Shown: piece after piece, positions 19,826 through 31,666 of the stretch
Position numbering within the stretch: the first letter of the stretch is position 1
Layout of the letters: the number at the start of each line of letters is the position of its first letter
Assembly (NCBI GenBank): GCA_963696385.1
Contig: CAVOKF010000004.1
Span: 672,001 to 736,000, forward strand
Origin: an uncultured delta proteobacterium
Lineage (GTDB): Bacteria > Myxococcota_A > Polyangia > Polyangiales > Polyangiaceae
Length of the DNA: 64,000 bases
Direction: 5' to 3'
Notes under the pieces: model-generated
What the model was told of the DNA's origin: nothing
What the model saw: the letters and a program-made list of their open reading frames with translations, nothing else
Database searches by the model: none
Translations under genes and position numbers: made by a program

Positions 19826-20427
19826 TGAAGAACCCCTCGCGGGCCGCGGGTGGGAACGACGCCTCGCACGGAAAGGGCGCTGGCGAGGCAATCGCTTCCC
19901 GTCTTGAGCCAGCGCTCGTAAACTCTCAGCAGCCCGCGCGAAGTCTCGGAGCCCATGGCGATGGTCGCGTCGGCGACTTCGGTCACGACCTCGACAAATC
20001 CTTCGAACTTGTCGGCGAGCTCGGCAAAGAGATCGGGTCCCGCCGTCTCGTCGTGCCCGCGGCGGAGCATGGAGCTCGCTGCGCCGTACGCCCGCGTCCC
20101 AAGCCCATGGAGGTACTTTGCGTTCACACCGCGTGCCTCGAAGTGGTCGCTAAAGAAGCCGCAGCCGTAGAGCACTCCGTCCCCCAACGTACGAAGGCGT
20201 TCGAATCGCTCGGCAGGGTCCGGCATGCGCACGGCCTCGTCGAAGAGCAAGGTCAGCGGTCGATCCATGGCCTCGCCCGCGCGCGGATCCGGGTGCGCGT
20301 AGTCCGCGAGGAGGCCGACGAGATAGCGGGTGGCACCGTCGGTGGCCTCCACGCCCCGCAACCGCATCGCGTCCTTTACAGCCTCCAAGAAGAATTGCGA
20401 TACCGACCGGGCTGCCAGAATGGTCAT
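19822..20427 (-). CDS. Hypothetical helical protein
   Basis: GAGGA RBS; LGDGVLY..GFF and LLRVYERWLKTG motifs; first gene of an overlapping 4-gene run. Confidence 0.75.
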   Translation of the reverse strand: MTILAARSVSQFFLEAVKDAMRLRGVEATDGATRYLVGLLADYAHPDPRAGEAMDRPLTLLFDEAVRMPDPAERFERLRTLGDGVLYGCGFFSDHFEARGVNAKYLHGLGTRAYGAASSMLRRGHDETAGPDLFAELADKFEGFVEVVTEVADATIAMGSETSRGLLRVYERWLKTGSDCLASALSVRGVVPTRGPRGVLQ

Positions 20428-20653
20428 TGCGGATGTCCTCGCGCTTGCCGACCTCGGCCGTCACCCGTTCGAGGCCACACCCTATTTTGTAAGTGTTTTT
20501 AGCCACTCCCGCAATTTGCTCGGGAGCATGGCAGCGGTCCTGAGCGGACGCGTCTGGCAGACACAGTCGCAGAGTGCTTGCCAGACGCTCAGGTGCGGTA
20601 AGCCCCAGCGCTTCCGGCAAGTTAGAAATGCGCTGCCACCTCCACCGAGGGGC

Positions 20654-20681
20654 TTGACGGCTCCCCTTCATGTCTTAGTTT
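20654..20681 (+). promoter_or_regulatory. Sigma70-type promoter of groES-groEL
   Basis: TTGACG-N16-TAGTTT immediately upstream of the CIRCE. Confidence 0.55.
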
Positions 20682-20693
20682 GGGCGCCGACCG

Positions 20694-20720
20694 CTGGCAC
20701 TCCGCACCAATGAGTGCCAA
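20694..20720 (+). promoter_or_regulatory. CIRCE element (HrcA operator)
   Basis: CTGGCACTC-N9-GAGTGCCAA vs consensus TTAGCACTC-N9-GAGTGCTAA, upstream of groES. Confidence 0.88.
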
Positions 20721-20882
20721 CAATCTGCACCGGGGCCAGGCATCTGCGCACCGAGGCAGGGGTCAGGATTTCAACTCACCCAACCCGTCTCACTCCTCGC
20801 CGGCGCCCAATGGGCGGCGGACGGGGACTGTTGCCTACATGCCGAGCCCGCCGAGGCACGGCCTAACTGAGGAGAGAATCAC

Positions 20883-21176
20883 ATGTCCAACATTCGTCCG
20901 CTTCACGACCGCGTGATCGTCAAACGCGTCAAAGAGGAGGAGAAAACCAAAGGCGGCATCATCATTCCGGATTCCGCCAAAGAAAAGCCGATCGAAGGCG
21001 AAGTCTTGGCCGTCGGGAACGGAAAGATCCTCGAGGACGGCAGCGTTCGCAAGCTCGACGTAAAGGTCGGAGACCGCGTGCTGTTCGGCAAGTACAGCGG
21101 CACGGAAGTGAAGGTCGATGGCGACGAGCGGCTCATCCTTCGCGAGGACGACATCCTCGGCGTGCTCGAAAAGTAA
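20883..21176 (+). CDS. groES: Co-chaperonin GroES
   Basis: [12 protein letters not shown]...[13 protein letters not shown]...REDDILG; GAGGAG RBS. Confidence 0.99.
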   Translation: MSNIRPLHDRVIVKRVKEEEKTKGGIIIPDSAKEKPIEGEVLAVGNGKILEDGSVRKLDVKVGDRVLFGKYSGTEVKVDGDERLILREDDILGVLEK

Positions 21177-21268
21177 TCCGGGGCCGGATTCGCCGCTCGC
21201 CTATCCGAAAGTCCGGCGGAGCATCGCTTCCGCCACCCCATCCACTCTGATTCGTCCCCTCTCATTGA

Positions 21269-22915
<1,647 letters not shown>

Positions 22916-22968
22916 GGTTGCCGGTTCGGGGCTCCGCCCCCGAGCCGTCTGCTGAGAGACACGGGAGG

Positions 22969-23006
22969 ACCCCGGGGCGAGGTGATCGCTCCGGGGTTTT
23001 CTCTTG
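22969..23006 (+). terminator. Intrinsic terminator after groEL
   Basis: ACCCCGGGGCGA-GGTGA-TCGCTCCGGGGT stem followed by TTTCTCTT. Confidence 0.75.
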
Positions 23007-23109
23007 GTTTCGGTCGATGTGGGGCGTGCACTCTCGATGCCGCTTGCAGCCAGGCGCTCCGGCGCACAGGCGGCCTCGCTCCCCGGGTCGGCTACACTGG
23101 CCGCCCCAC

Positions 23110-25339
23110 GTGAGCACCGAGGACGTCGTCGAGGGCACCATCGAACGGGTGACCTTCGAGAGTCCGACCTCGAATTTTCGTGTCATTAAGCTTTCTGTCA
23201 CGGGGCGTACCGATCTGTTGCCGGTAGTGGGCACGTTTCCGCCGATGGCCGTGGGGGCGCGCGTTCGCGTGCACGGCCGGATCGAGCGCGACCGCAAGCA
23301 CGGCGAGCAGCTCCGAGCCGACTCGCTCATCGAGCTGGCTCCCGACACGCTCGCCGGGCTCGAAAAGTACCTCGCCTCAGGGCTTATCAAGGGGCTTGGA
23401 CCCAAGCTCGCGCAACGCATCGTGACGACCTTCGGACTCGAAACTCTTCGCGTGCTCGAGGAACAACCCGAGAGGCTCGGCGATGTAGAAGGCGTCGGTG
23501 GCAAACGGCGGATCGCGATCACGCAAGCGTGGCAGGAGCAGCGAGGTCTGCGCGACGTCATGGTGTTTCTCCAAGCGCACGGCGCCGGTGCGGGTCTCGC
23601 GACGCGTATCGTTCGGCGATACGGAAATGCCGCGATGAACGTCGTATCGCGAGAACCGTACCGACTCGCGCTCGACGTTCGTGGCGTCGGCTTCAAGACC
23701 GCGGATCGCATCGCCGCGACGATCGGCGTCGCACCGGATTCGCCGGAGCGAATGCAGGCCGGTCTGCTGCAAGTGATCCACGATCGTGGGGAGGCCGGGC
23801 ACGTTTGGACCTCGGAGCGGGAGCTCGAAGCGCTTTCGGCGCGGATGCTCGCACTCGACGAGAACGATGGATCGGTTCAAGCCTGTCTGGCGGACGCGCT
23901 CCGGGCGTTGGAGGTCGGACGACGTGTCGTCGCGGAGGCGGAGACGAGGCCGACCGACGACCGCGCGGTCTACGCCGTGGAGATGCATGGGGCAGAGGCT
24001 CGGCTCTCGCGCCGTCTCCTCCAGATCGCGAACGCCGCCGCGCGTCCCCTCGACGGCGTATCCGAAGCCATCCAGGCGTTCGAGACCCGGGCGCACGTCG
24101 AGCTGGCACCGGAGCAGCGAAACGCGGTGCGAGAGGCGGCGCGCCGCCCGCTCTTGGTCGTGACGGGAGGTCCGGGCGTCGGCAAGACGACCCTCGTGAG
24201 AGCCATCCTCGCCGTGTTCGCGCGCGCCGGAGTGGAGGTTCGACTGACCGCGCCGACCGGACGCGCGGCGAAGCGGATGACCGAGGCCACGGGCGTCGCT
24301 GCGGCGACGCTCCATCGCCTCCTCGAGTTCGACCCGAAATCCGGTTCGTTCAAGAGAGATGGCCGATGGCCCATTGATGCCGGGGCCGTCATCGTCGACG
24401 AGGCCTCGATGATCGATTTGCCCGCGGCCGATGCGTTGACCCAAGCGATTGCGCCGGGCACGAGGCTGATCCTCGTGGGGGACGTGGATCAGCTGCCGAG
24501 TGTCGGCCCGGGCGCCGTTTTACGCGATGTGATCGCTTCGAGTGCCATCCCGTGTGTGCGTCTGCGCGAGATCTTTCGACAAGCTGCCCGAAGTCTCATC
24601 GTGGCCAATGCACACCGGATCAACGATGGCAAGCTTCCCGTTACGCCCAACGCCGCCGAAGCCGCGGCGCATGGATCGGACTTCTTCATGATTGAGCGTC
24701 GCGACCCGGACAAGGCGCGCGACACCATCGTGGATTTCGGTCCGATCGCGCATTCCCCACCGATTCGGGCTCGATCCGGTGCGGGACGTCCAAGTCCTGA
24801 CGCCGATGAATCGGGGCGCGGCCGGTGCCATCGCTCTCAACCAGGCTTTGCAAGCTGCACTCAATCCGCATGGCGTGTCGCTTGCCCGCGGCACTCGCAC
24901 CTTCCGGACGGGCGACAAGGTCATGCAACTGCGCAACGATTACGACAAAGGCGTCTTCAACGGCGACGTCGGGATGGTCGCCAGCGTCGATCCGGAAGAG
25001 CACTCGATGGCGGTGCGTTTCGACGAGCGAGAGGTTGCGTTTGACGGTTCCGATCTCGACGATCTGACGCTCGCCTATGCTTGCACAGTGCACAAATCGC
25101 AAGGCAGCGAGTACCCGGCCGTCGTCATCCCGCTGCTGACCACGCATTTCATGATGCTGAGCAAGAACCTTCTGTATACGGCGGTCACCCGGGGCCGGCG
25201 TCTCGTCGTCCTGGTCTGCGATCCGCGCGCGCTCGAGCTGGCGCTCTCGAGGCGCCGAGACGGCGAACGACGGACGGGTCTAGCGGCTCGTTTGGCAAAA
25301 AATGCGCCTCCGGCCTCGGACATGAGCAGCCTACGTTGA
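23110..25339 (+). CDS. recD2: RecD-like (RecD2) SF1B helicase, +1 frameshift near 24738
   Basis: YLASGLIKGLG, GVGFKTAD HhH, GGPGVGKT, IVDEASM, VGDVDQLPSVGPG; second frame has GDKVMQLRNDY and LAYACTVHKSQGSEY. Confidence 0.9.
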
Positions 25340-25376
25340 CGCCGAGCCGGCTTATGGCAAGGGTGTGAGGGAAAGA

Positions 25377-25934
25377 ATGCTGCGGCGATTGCTCGTCGGC
25401 TTGGTGCTGGGGTCGCTCGTCGGGGCGCTCCTCGCCGTCGGGCTCGTGGCCGGGCTGAAGGTCGCCGTATTTGGCGACGGCGCCGGCGGCGCCGTACTCG
25501 CATACCTGGCTGCGGCGCTTGCCGGTGTCTTGACCGGGCTCGTCGCGGGCAAGCCCATCTGGGCCTCGGGTGCCGGCATCGAGGCGGGGCTCAAGGCCTT
25601 CTTCGGCGCGCTGCTTGCTGCGGGGGCGATGTTTGCGCTGCGTCGTTGGGCCACAGCGTGGGCCCTCGACCTCAGCACCCTCGGTGCAGGCGGCCCTGAT
25701 TCCGCCGGTCACCTGCCCGCCGTATCCCTGCCTCTCATCGGCGCAGCCCTCGGAGCGCTGTTCGAACTCGACAACACGAGCGGTGCAGAGGACACGGCGG
25801 GCAAGCCTCTGCCCCCCCGGAAGCGCGTGGCCGCGCAAAGCGCGAGCGATCGAGCGAAGCCGGGCGCCACGGAGCCTGACGAAGTCGAGCCCGGACGTGA
25901 CGCTGAGATCGTCCCGGGGCGCAGCAAACGCTGA
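25377..25934 (+). CDS. Hypothetical membrane protein
   Basis: Four hydrophobic segments and charged tail; stop overlaps next ATG. Confidence 0.7.
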   Translation: MLRRLLVGLVLGSLVGALLAVGLVAGLKVAVFGDGAGGAVLAYLAAALAGVLTGLVAGKPIWASGAGIEAGLKAFFGALLAAGAMFALRRWATAWALDLSTLGAGGPDSAGHLPAVSLPLIGAALGALFELDNTSGAEDTAGKPLPPRKRVAAQSASDRAKPGATEPDEVEPGRDAEIVPGRSKR

Positions 25935-26749
25935 TGCCGCTCGCGCGGCTCGTCGTCTACATGGCTACTGCCGCTGTTCTGGCCACGACGGCCTTCTCGC
26001 TGATCGTGCGTCCGCCGCCAGTCGGCTGGGCGGCGCTCATCCTCGCCGGGTATGTCGGGCTCCTTCTTGGCGGCGTGTTCGTCATTCGCTGGCGCGTCTT
26101 CGTCGACGCCGTCATCCGCGGGCCTCGAGGCGCGCGTGGGGTGGTCCTTACGTTCGACGACGGACCGCACCCGGAGTGGACCCCACGGATTCTTCGAGTA
26201 CTTGCCGAGCACGGGGCTACAGCGACATTCTTTGTCGTGGGGCGCAAAGCCGAGGCCCATCCGGAGGTGGTGCGGGCGATTCTCGGCGGAGGCCACTCGG
26301 TGGGACTTCATTCGCACGGCCACGATTGGCTGTTTGCCATGCGCGGTGCCCGCCGAGTGCGCCGAGATCTCGAGCGTGGTGTGGCCGTGCTCGAGAGCCT
26401 GACGGGTGCGCGTCCGGTGCTCTTCAGGCCTCCGATCGGTCATACGAATCCGACCATCGGCCGTGTTGCCGATGCACTCGACCTAACCATCGTAGGTTGG
26501 ACGATTGGCGGGCGCGACGGGTGGGCCGGCGCCCGCCCAAACGATGTTGCAGCGCGCGTGCGACGCGACCTGCAGGACGGTGCGATCATCCTTCTTCACG
26601 ACGCCCCCGAATCGGGAGATCGCGAGCCCGCCGCCCTCAGCGCCTTGCCCCAAATCCTGGATGCAGTCGCCGCTGCCGGCCTCGAGATCGTTGCTTTGCA
26701 ACCGTGGCTCGAGAGCCTTCAGGAGTCCGCTGCCGGAAGCACCACGTAG
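25934..26749 (+). CDS. Polysaccharide deacetylase (CE4/NodB)
   Basis: LTFDDGP, HSHGH, FRPPIG, IILLHD. Confidence 0.92.
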   Translation: MPLARLVVYMATAAVLATTAFSLIVRPPPVGWAALILAGYVGLLLGGVFVIRWRVFVDAVIRGPRGARGVVLTFDDGPHPEWTPRILRVLAEHGATATFFVVGRKAEAHPEVVRAILGGGHSVGLHSHGHDWLFAMRGARRVRRDLERGVAVLESLTGARPVLFRPPIGHTNPTIGRVADALDLTIVGWTIGGRDGWAGARPNDVAARVRRDLQDGAIILLHDAPESGDREPAALSALPQILDAVAAAGLEIVALQPWLESLQESAAGSTT

Positions 26750-28230
26750 AAGCGAGCCCCGGTCGTAAAAGACGCGTCGAGTCCCACTTCGCCGCCTGCC
26801 GACTCGACCAATCCCCGGCAAACTGCGAGCCCGAGCCCTGTGCCCTCGCCCACGTCCTTGGTCGTCACGAAGGGCTCGAAAAGCCGATCGCGTATGGAAG
26901 GGTCAATCCCCGGTCCGTCATCCTCGATCTCGATGCGGACGCGCGCTTCGCCACGCACCGGGTGCGCCCGAATTCGAATCCGATGTCCGGCCGCCCGCGC
27001 GATCGCCGCGCCGGCGTTGAGGACGAGGTTGAGCAGCACCTGCATGAGACGGGGCGCGGGGAAGGCGACGATCGGCGATCCTTCTACGTCCGCTTCGAGC
27101 CGGATTCCGCGGAAAGTCGGCTGCGGACGAACGAGCGACACGACGTCGTCGACGACCGCCCGAACGTCGGCCGGGGTCTGCTCTTCGCCGCCGAGCGTCG
27201 GAGTCTCCTCGGGCCGCGCAAAATCGAGCAAGTCCCTCACGACGGCATGGATCCTCTCCGTCTCCCGGCGCATGCGCTGCAGAAAGTCGCGCTGCTGGCC
27301 GGCGGCCAGATCTCCTTCGAGCAGCAGCTCCTGCATGCCCATCAGCGCCGACAGTGGATTGCCGATTTCGTGAGCGAGTCCGGCCGCAAGACGCCCGACG
27401 CTCGCCAAGCGCTCGCTGCGAACGAGCTGTGCCTGCGTTTGCTTCAAACGGGTCGTGGTCTCGGTAAGCTCGTCGATCTTGAGCAGCAGCGTCGCTTCCT
27501 CCGCGATCAGTTCGCCGGCCATTGCTTGGACGCTGGCACCGAGATCGAGTAGCTCGCGGGCACCGCTGCGCGGCACGCGCAGCGTGCGGGCGCCGCTCGC
27601 CACGCGATCCGCGGCAGCGACAAGCTCCTCGAGCGGCCGCACGATCAGGCGTGTCAACGCGAAGTAAGCGAAGACCATGAGCGCCAGCGCGAAGACGCCC
27701 ATGTACAAGGCGACGAGCCGGACGAGGGGGCGGCCACGCTCGACCTCCGCGCCGACATCGATCCGCGCCACCGCGAAGCCGCCTCCTCCCGGTGCGGTCA
27801 CCTCGAGCAACGGGCGACCGGTGGCATCGCGGACCCTTTCAATCGACTCCGTAGCGTTTGTCGGGGGCCGAATGGCCGCGACGTCCAGCGGCCGCCCGGC
27901 GCAGCCGGCGAGCGCGCCATCGCCGGCGAAAAAGCATACGGCTTCGACGTCTCGCAGCGCCGCATGCCCTTGAAGGGCGCGGATGACGGTGCCCCGATCG
28001 GCGGAAGCGCCGGCTTGTGCGGCGATCGCTTCGCAGAGAGCGCGCGCCGCTCGCTCGTGTCCGGAGAGCAGGGTCGCGCGCGTCAAACTCGCGACCGCCA
28101 GGAACAGGGGCCCGAAGGCAAAGATCATGAGCCCCGCGAGCGCCAGGACGATCTGCAACCTGAGGCCCATTTGCAGCGCCGGCCGCAATCGCGCTGCCGA
28201 GGGTGCGGTCGACAAGCGAGCAACCGTCAC
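26719..28230 (-). CDS. HAMP-domain sensor histidine kinase
   Basis: Two TMs, HAMP, LAHEIGNPL H-box, QVLLNLVLNA, DDGPG, FEPFVTTK, GTGLGL. Confidence 0.92.
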   Translation of the reverse strand: MTVARLSTAPSAARLRPALQMGLRLQIVLALAGLMIFAFGPLFLAVASLTRATLLSGHERAARALCEAIAAQAGASADRGTVIRALQGHAALRDVEAVCFFAGDGALAGCAGRPLDVAAIRPPTNATESIERVRDATGRPLLEVTAPGGGGFAVARIDVGAEVERGRPLVRLVALYMGVFALALMVFAYFALTRLIVRPLEELVAAADRVASGARTLRVPRSGARELLDLGASVQAMAGELIAEEATLLLKIDELTETTTRLKQTQAQLVRSERLASVGRLAAGLAHEIGNPLSALMGMQELLLEGDLAAGQQRDFLQRMRRETERIHAVVRDLLDFARPEETPTLGGEEQTPADVRAVVDDVVSLVRPQPTFRGIRLEADVEGSPIVAFPAPRLMQVLLNLVLNAGAAIARAAGHRIRIRAHPVRGEARVRIEIEDDGPGIDPSIRDRLFEPFVTTKDVGEGTGLGLAVCRGLVESAGGEVGLDASFTTGARFYVVLPAADS

Positions 28231-28339
28231 AGGAGTGACGGTAGCGAAAAAGGGCGACGATGGGACTCGATCGACGCGATCGGGGATCGGGCTCGGTCGG
28301 CAGGTTCGCTCGGTGAGCGCGCGCCACCGCTTCGGACTC

Positions 28340-29215
28340 TCACTCCGTCAATCGTGCCGAATCAACAGCAATTCCAAATGCTTCCCATACCACGCGAGCC
28401 ACCCCGCCTCCGCTTTCCGGAGTTTCCTCGAGCACGTCGGTTGCGCTCGATTTCACCTCGTGAGGCGCCTGTCCCATCGCGAAAGACCGGCCGGCAACCT
28501 CGAACATCGGGATGTCGTTGAGCCAATCGCCGACGCAAACGGTGTCCGCGAGGGCGATTCCCTCACGCTCGGCAATCCAACGCAATGCCGTGCCCTTCGT
28601 GCCACCGCCCGCGCGCACGATCATCGCCCATGTTTCTGCGTGCGGACCGCGCCGAACGGGAAACACCGCGATAAAGGCCGACTTGGGTAAATCCCGCGCG
28701 ATTTCCGCGTGCACTTGCGCGATGCGCTCCCGCGTCCCGAGCGCGACGGCGGCCGTGACGCCCTCGGAGGTGTCCCATAGATCGTGGGTGAAAACGTCCG
28801 GTGCAATGCGCACGTCGCTGGACCAGGTCGACACGTATCCGACGTAACGCGATCCGGAGGGATCGTGCCCAATGGCGTCTGCGGCGAAGACGAAGGTGGT
28901 CACGCCAGCGCGCGCCAGCGCACCGCGCAAGATGGCCACTTGCCTGCCGCGCAGCCCTAGGTGCAAGAGCGTCGCATGGTCGCGCGCGTCGACGATATGG
29001 CTTCCGTCGGCGCACCCTAGTGCCGTGCGCAACCCGACTCGCTCGGAAATCCGGCGCGTGCCCGAGTAAAGCCGCCCGGTGATGACGCTGACGCAGACCC
29101 CGGCGGCGATCGCGGCACGCAGGGCTCGAACGTCGTGCTCGTGTGGTTGGCCGCGCGGATCGAGCAGGGTGCCGTCGAGATCGACGGCCAAAAGCCTGGG
29201 CTTGCCCGAGGTCAC
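28340..29215 (-). CDS. Cof-type HAD-IIB hydrolase
   Basis: [30 protein letters not shown] overlaps rpmA stop. Confidence 0.88.
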   Translation of the reverse strand: MTSGKPRLLAVDLDGTLLDPRGQPHEHDVRALRAAIAAGVCVSVITGRLYSGTRRISERVGLRTALGCADGSHIVDARDHATLLHLGLRGRQVAILRGALARAGVTTFVFAADAIGHDPSGSRYVGYVSTWSSDVRIAPDVFTHDLWDTSEGVTAAVALGTRERIAQVHAEIARDLPKSAFIAVFPVRRGPHAETWAMIVRAGGGTKGTALRWIAEREGIALADTVCVGDWLNDIPMFEVAGRSFAMGQAPHEVKSSATDVLEETPESGGGVARVVWEAFGIAVDSARLTE

Positions 29216-29472
29216 GCGGTGGCTGGATAGACCGAGACCTTGCGCTGAGCGCGCGTGCGCCATTCGTACCGCACGACGCCGTCGACCAGCGCGAACAGCG
29301 TGAAGTCCTTCCCGACGCCCACGTTGTTTCCCGCGTGAATCGTGGTTCCGACCTGTCGAACGAGGATGCTGCCGGCGTTCACCTTCTCGCCGCCGTAAAC
29401 CTTGACGCCCCGTTTCTGGGAGTTCGAGTCACGACCGTTACGTGTGCTACCTGCACCTTTTTTGTGAGCCAT
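29212..29472 (-). CDS. rpmA: 50S ribosomal protein L27
   Basis: [16 protein letters not shown]...GKDFTLFA. Confidence 0.99.
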   Translation of the reverse strand: MAHKKGAGSTRNGRDSNSQKRGVKVYGGEKVNAGSILVRQVGTTIHAGNNVGVGKDFTLFALVDGVVRYEWRTRAQRKVSVYPATA

Positions 29473-29498
29473 GGCGACCTCGCGAGCGCTTGCAAAGA

Positions 29499-29813
29499 CT
29501 AGCCGACGATGTTGGTGATCTCGAGAGCGGTGAACGGCTGCCGGTGACCGCGCTTGCGCCTGTAGTTCTTCCGCCGCCGAAACTTGAAGATGATGACCTT
29601 CGGCGCCAGGCCCTGCGCGACGATCTTGGCCTCGACCTTCACACCGCCAAGCAGCGGACGGCCTAGCCGTATGCCTTCGTCCGGCCCCTTGATCAGCAGC
29701 ACCTCTTCGAAGGCCACGGCGTCGCCCACGGCGCCTGGAAGCTTCTCGACGCGGAGCTTATCGCCCTTGCCGACCCGGTACTGCTTGCCGCCCGTCCTGA
29801 ACACCGCGTACAT
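29499..29813 (-). CDS. rplU: 50S ribosomal protein L21
   Basis: [14 protein letters not shown]...[19 protein letters not shown]. Confidence 0.99.
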   Translation of the reverse strand: MYAVFRTGGKQYRVGKGDKLRVEKLPGAVGDAVAFEEVLLIKGPDEGIRLGRPLLGGVKVEAKIVAQGLAPKVIIFKFRRRKNYRRKRGHRQPFTALEITNIVG

Positions 29814-29957
29814 CAATCGCCCTCTTTGCATGTTGGCCACGCCCGTTGAAGGGTCGCGGCGGGGTCTTGGGGTCGCGCAGTATACGGGCCGAACCGCGCT
29901 TGTAAAGGTGGCGCCATCCTCGAGCCCGGGGCAGCGCCGGGTGCTAACGTCGCGCCC

Positions 29958-30857
29958 ATGTCGTTGCGGATAGAAGGGACGTATACGGCACTGGCGACGC
30001 CACTACGCGACGAGCCGGGCCAACCGATCGATTGGGCTGCGCTCGACGCCCTCGTCGAGGCGCAGATCGCCGGCGGCGTGACTGGCCTAGTCCCTTGCGG
30101 GACGACGGGCGAGAGTCCGACGCTATCGCACGAGGAGCACGGTGCCGTCGTCGAGCGCACGGTCAAGCGGGTCGCGAATCGCGCGCAGGTCATCGCCGGT
30201 GCGGGGTCGAACTCGACCCGCGAGGCGATCGGGCTCGCTCAGCATGCCGACAAAGTCGGGGCCGACGCGGTGATGGTCGTGGTCCCCTATTACAACAGGC
30301 CCTCGCAGGAAGGCCTGTTCCGGCACTTCGTCGAAGTCGCTCGAAGCGTCCGAATTCCCGTAGTCGTCTACAACATCCCCGGTCGAACGGGCGTCGACCT
30401 CGCACCGCAAACGCTAGCGCGCATTTGCGCCGAGGCGTCGAACGTCGTCGCCGTCAAGGAAGCGAGCGGCAACGTCCTACGCACCCAGACCCTCGTTCAG
30501 ATGCTGGGTGACCGCCTGATCGTCCTCAGTGGCGACGACGCACTCACATTGGCGATCATCGCAGCCGGTGGACGTGGCGTCATCAGTGTGACCTCCAACG
30601 TTTTGCCTGCCGAGGTCACCCGGGCCACCCGACTCGCGCTCGAGGGCAAGCTCGACGAGGCTCGACGAGCGCACCTGGCGCTCCTGCCCGTGCACGAGGC
30701 CATGTTTCTCGATGCGAGCCCCGGTCCCGTCAAAGTGGCTCTATCGCTGAGAACAGGCGTCAAGCCCGCCCTTCGTTCACCCTTGTGCCTCCCGTCCGAG
30801 TCGACGCGCGTAGCCATCGCCGCTGCGTTGGACGCTTACGCACGGTGCGAGCATTGA
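29958..30857 (+). CDS. dapA: 4-hydroxy-tetrahydrodipicolinate synthase
   Basis: GTTGESPTL, PYYNRP, YNIPGRT, VKEASG. Confidence 0.97.
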   Translation: MSLRIEGTYTALATPLRDEPGQPIDWAALDALVEAQIAGGVTGLVPCGTTGESPTLSHEEHGAVVERTVKRVANRAQVIAGAGSNSTREAIGLAQHADKVGADAVMVVVPYYNRPSQEGLFRHFVEVARSVRIPVVVYNIPGRTGVDLAPQTLARICAEASNVVAVKEASGNVLRTQTLVQMLGDRLIVLSGDDALTLAIIAAGGRGVISVTSNVLPAEVTRATRLALEGKLDEARRAHLALLPVHEAMFLDASPGPVKVALSLRTGVKPALRSPLCLPSESTRVAIAAALDAYARCEH

Positions 30858-31666
30858 TGCGAATTGCCGTGGTGGGCGCCAGCGGCAGGATGGGCCGGGC
30901 CGTCGTCCGTCTGGCATGTGCCGAGGGCGTCCCCATCGCATGCGCGATTGGCACGGTGGAGGTCGGGCGCGACGTGGGCGAGCTCGCCGGGCTCGGACCG
31001 ATTGGCGTTTGCGTCGTGGACGGGTTCGCGGCTCTCGAGCACGCGCGTGCGGACGTCGTGGTCGACTTTTCGGTTCCCGCGGCGACCCTTGCGCTCGCAC
31101 CGATCGCGGCGCAAGCGGGGACGGCAATCGTCAGCGGCACGACCGGTCTCGACCCCGACGCGCGATCGGCCCTCGATCGGGCCGCGCAGTCAGTCCCGGT
31201 GTTGTGGGAACCCAATATGAGCCTCGGGATCCACGTGCTGTCGCGGCTAGCGGCAGAGGCCGCTATGGCGCTGAGCGATTGGGATGTCGAGATTGTGGAG
31301 ACCCACCATCGGGCCAAAGTCGATGCGCCGAGCGGGACGGCTTTGCGCCTCGCGGAGCGATTGCTCGAAACTCGCGCCGGGGTGGCGACGCGCCTCGTGC
31401 ATGGACGTCACGGCAAAGTCGGCGCGCGAGACCGGGAGGAAATCGGCGTCCACGCTCTACGCGGCGGCGATGTCATCGGTGACCATGTCGTCCATTTGAT
31501 GGGCGGTGGCGAGCGGCTGGAACTCACGCACCGTGCGACGAACCGCGACGTGTTTGCCCACGGCGCACTTCGTGCGGCGCGGTGGCTCGCGGGAATGAAT
31601 CGGGGGCGGTACTCGCTTCGCGACATTCTCGACGTGGGGCCCGCCCGGTCAGAAAGTCAGCCGTAG
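30857..31666 (+). CDS. dapB: 4-hydroxy-tetrahydrodipicolinate reductase
   Basis: GASGRMG, GTTG, ETHHRAKVDAPSGTA. Confidence 0.97.
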   Translation: MRIAVVGASGRMGRAVVRLACAEGVPIACAIGTVEVGRDVGELAGLGPIGVCVVDGFAALEHARADVVVDFSVPAATLALAPIAAQAGTAIVSGTTGLDPDARSALDRAAQSVPVLWEPNMSLGIHVLSRLAAEAAMALSDWDVEIVETHHRAKVDAPSGTALRLAERLLETRAGVATRLVHGRHGKVGARDREEIGVHALRGGDVIGDHVVHLMGGGERLELTHRATNRDVFAHGALRAARWLAGMNRGRYSLRDILDVGPARSESQP

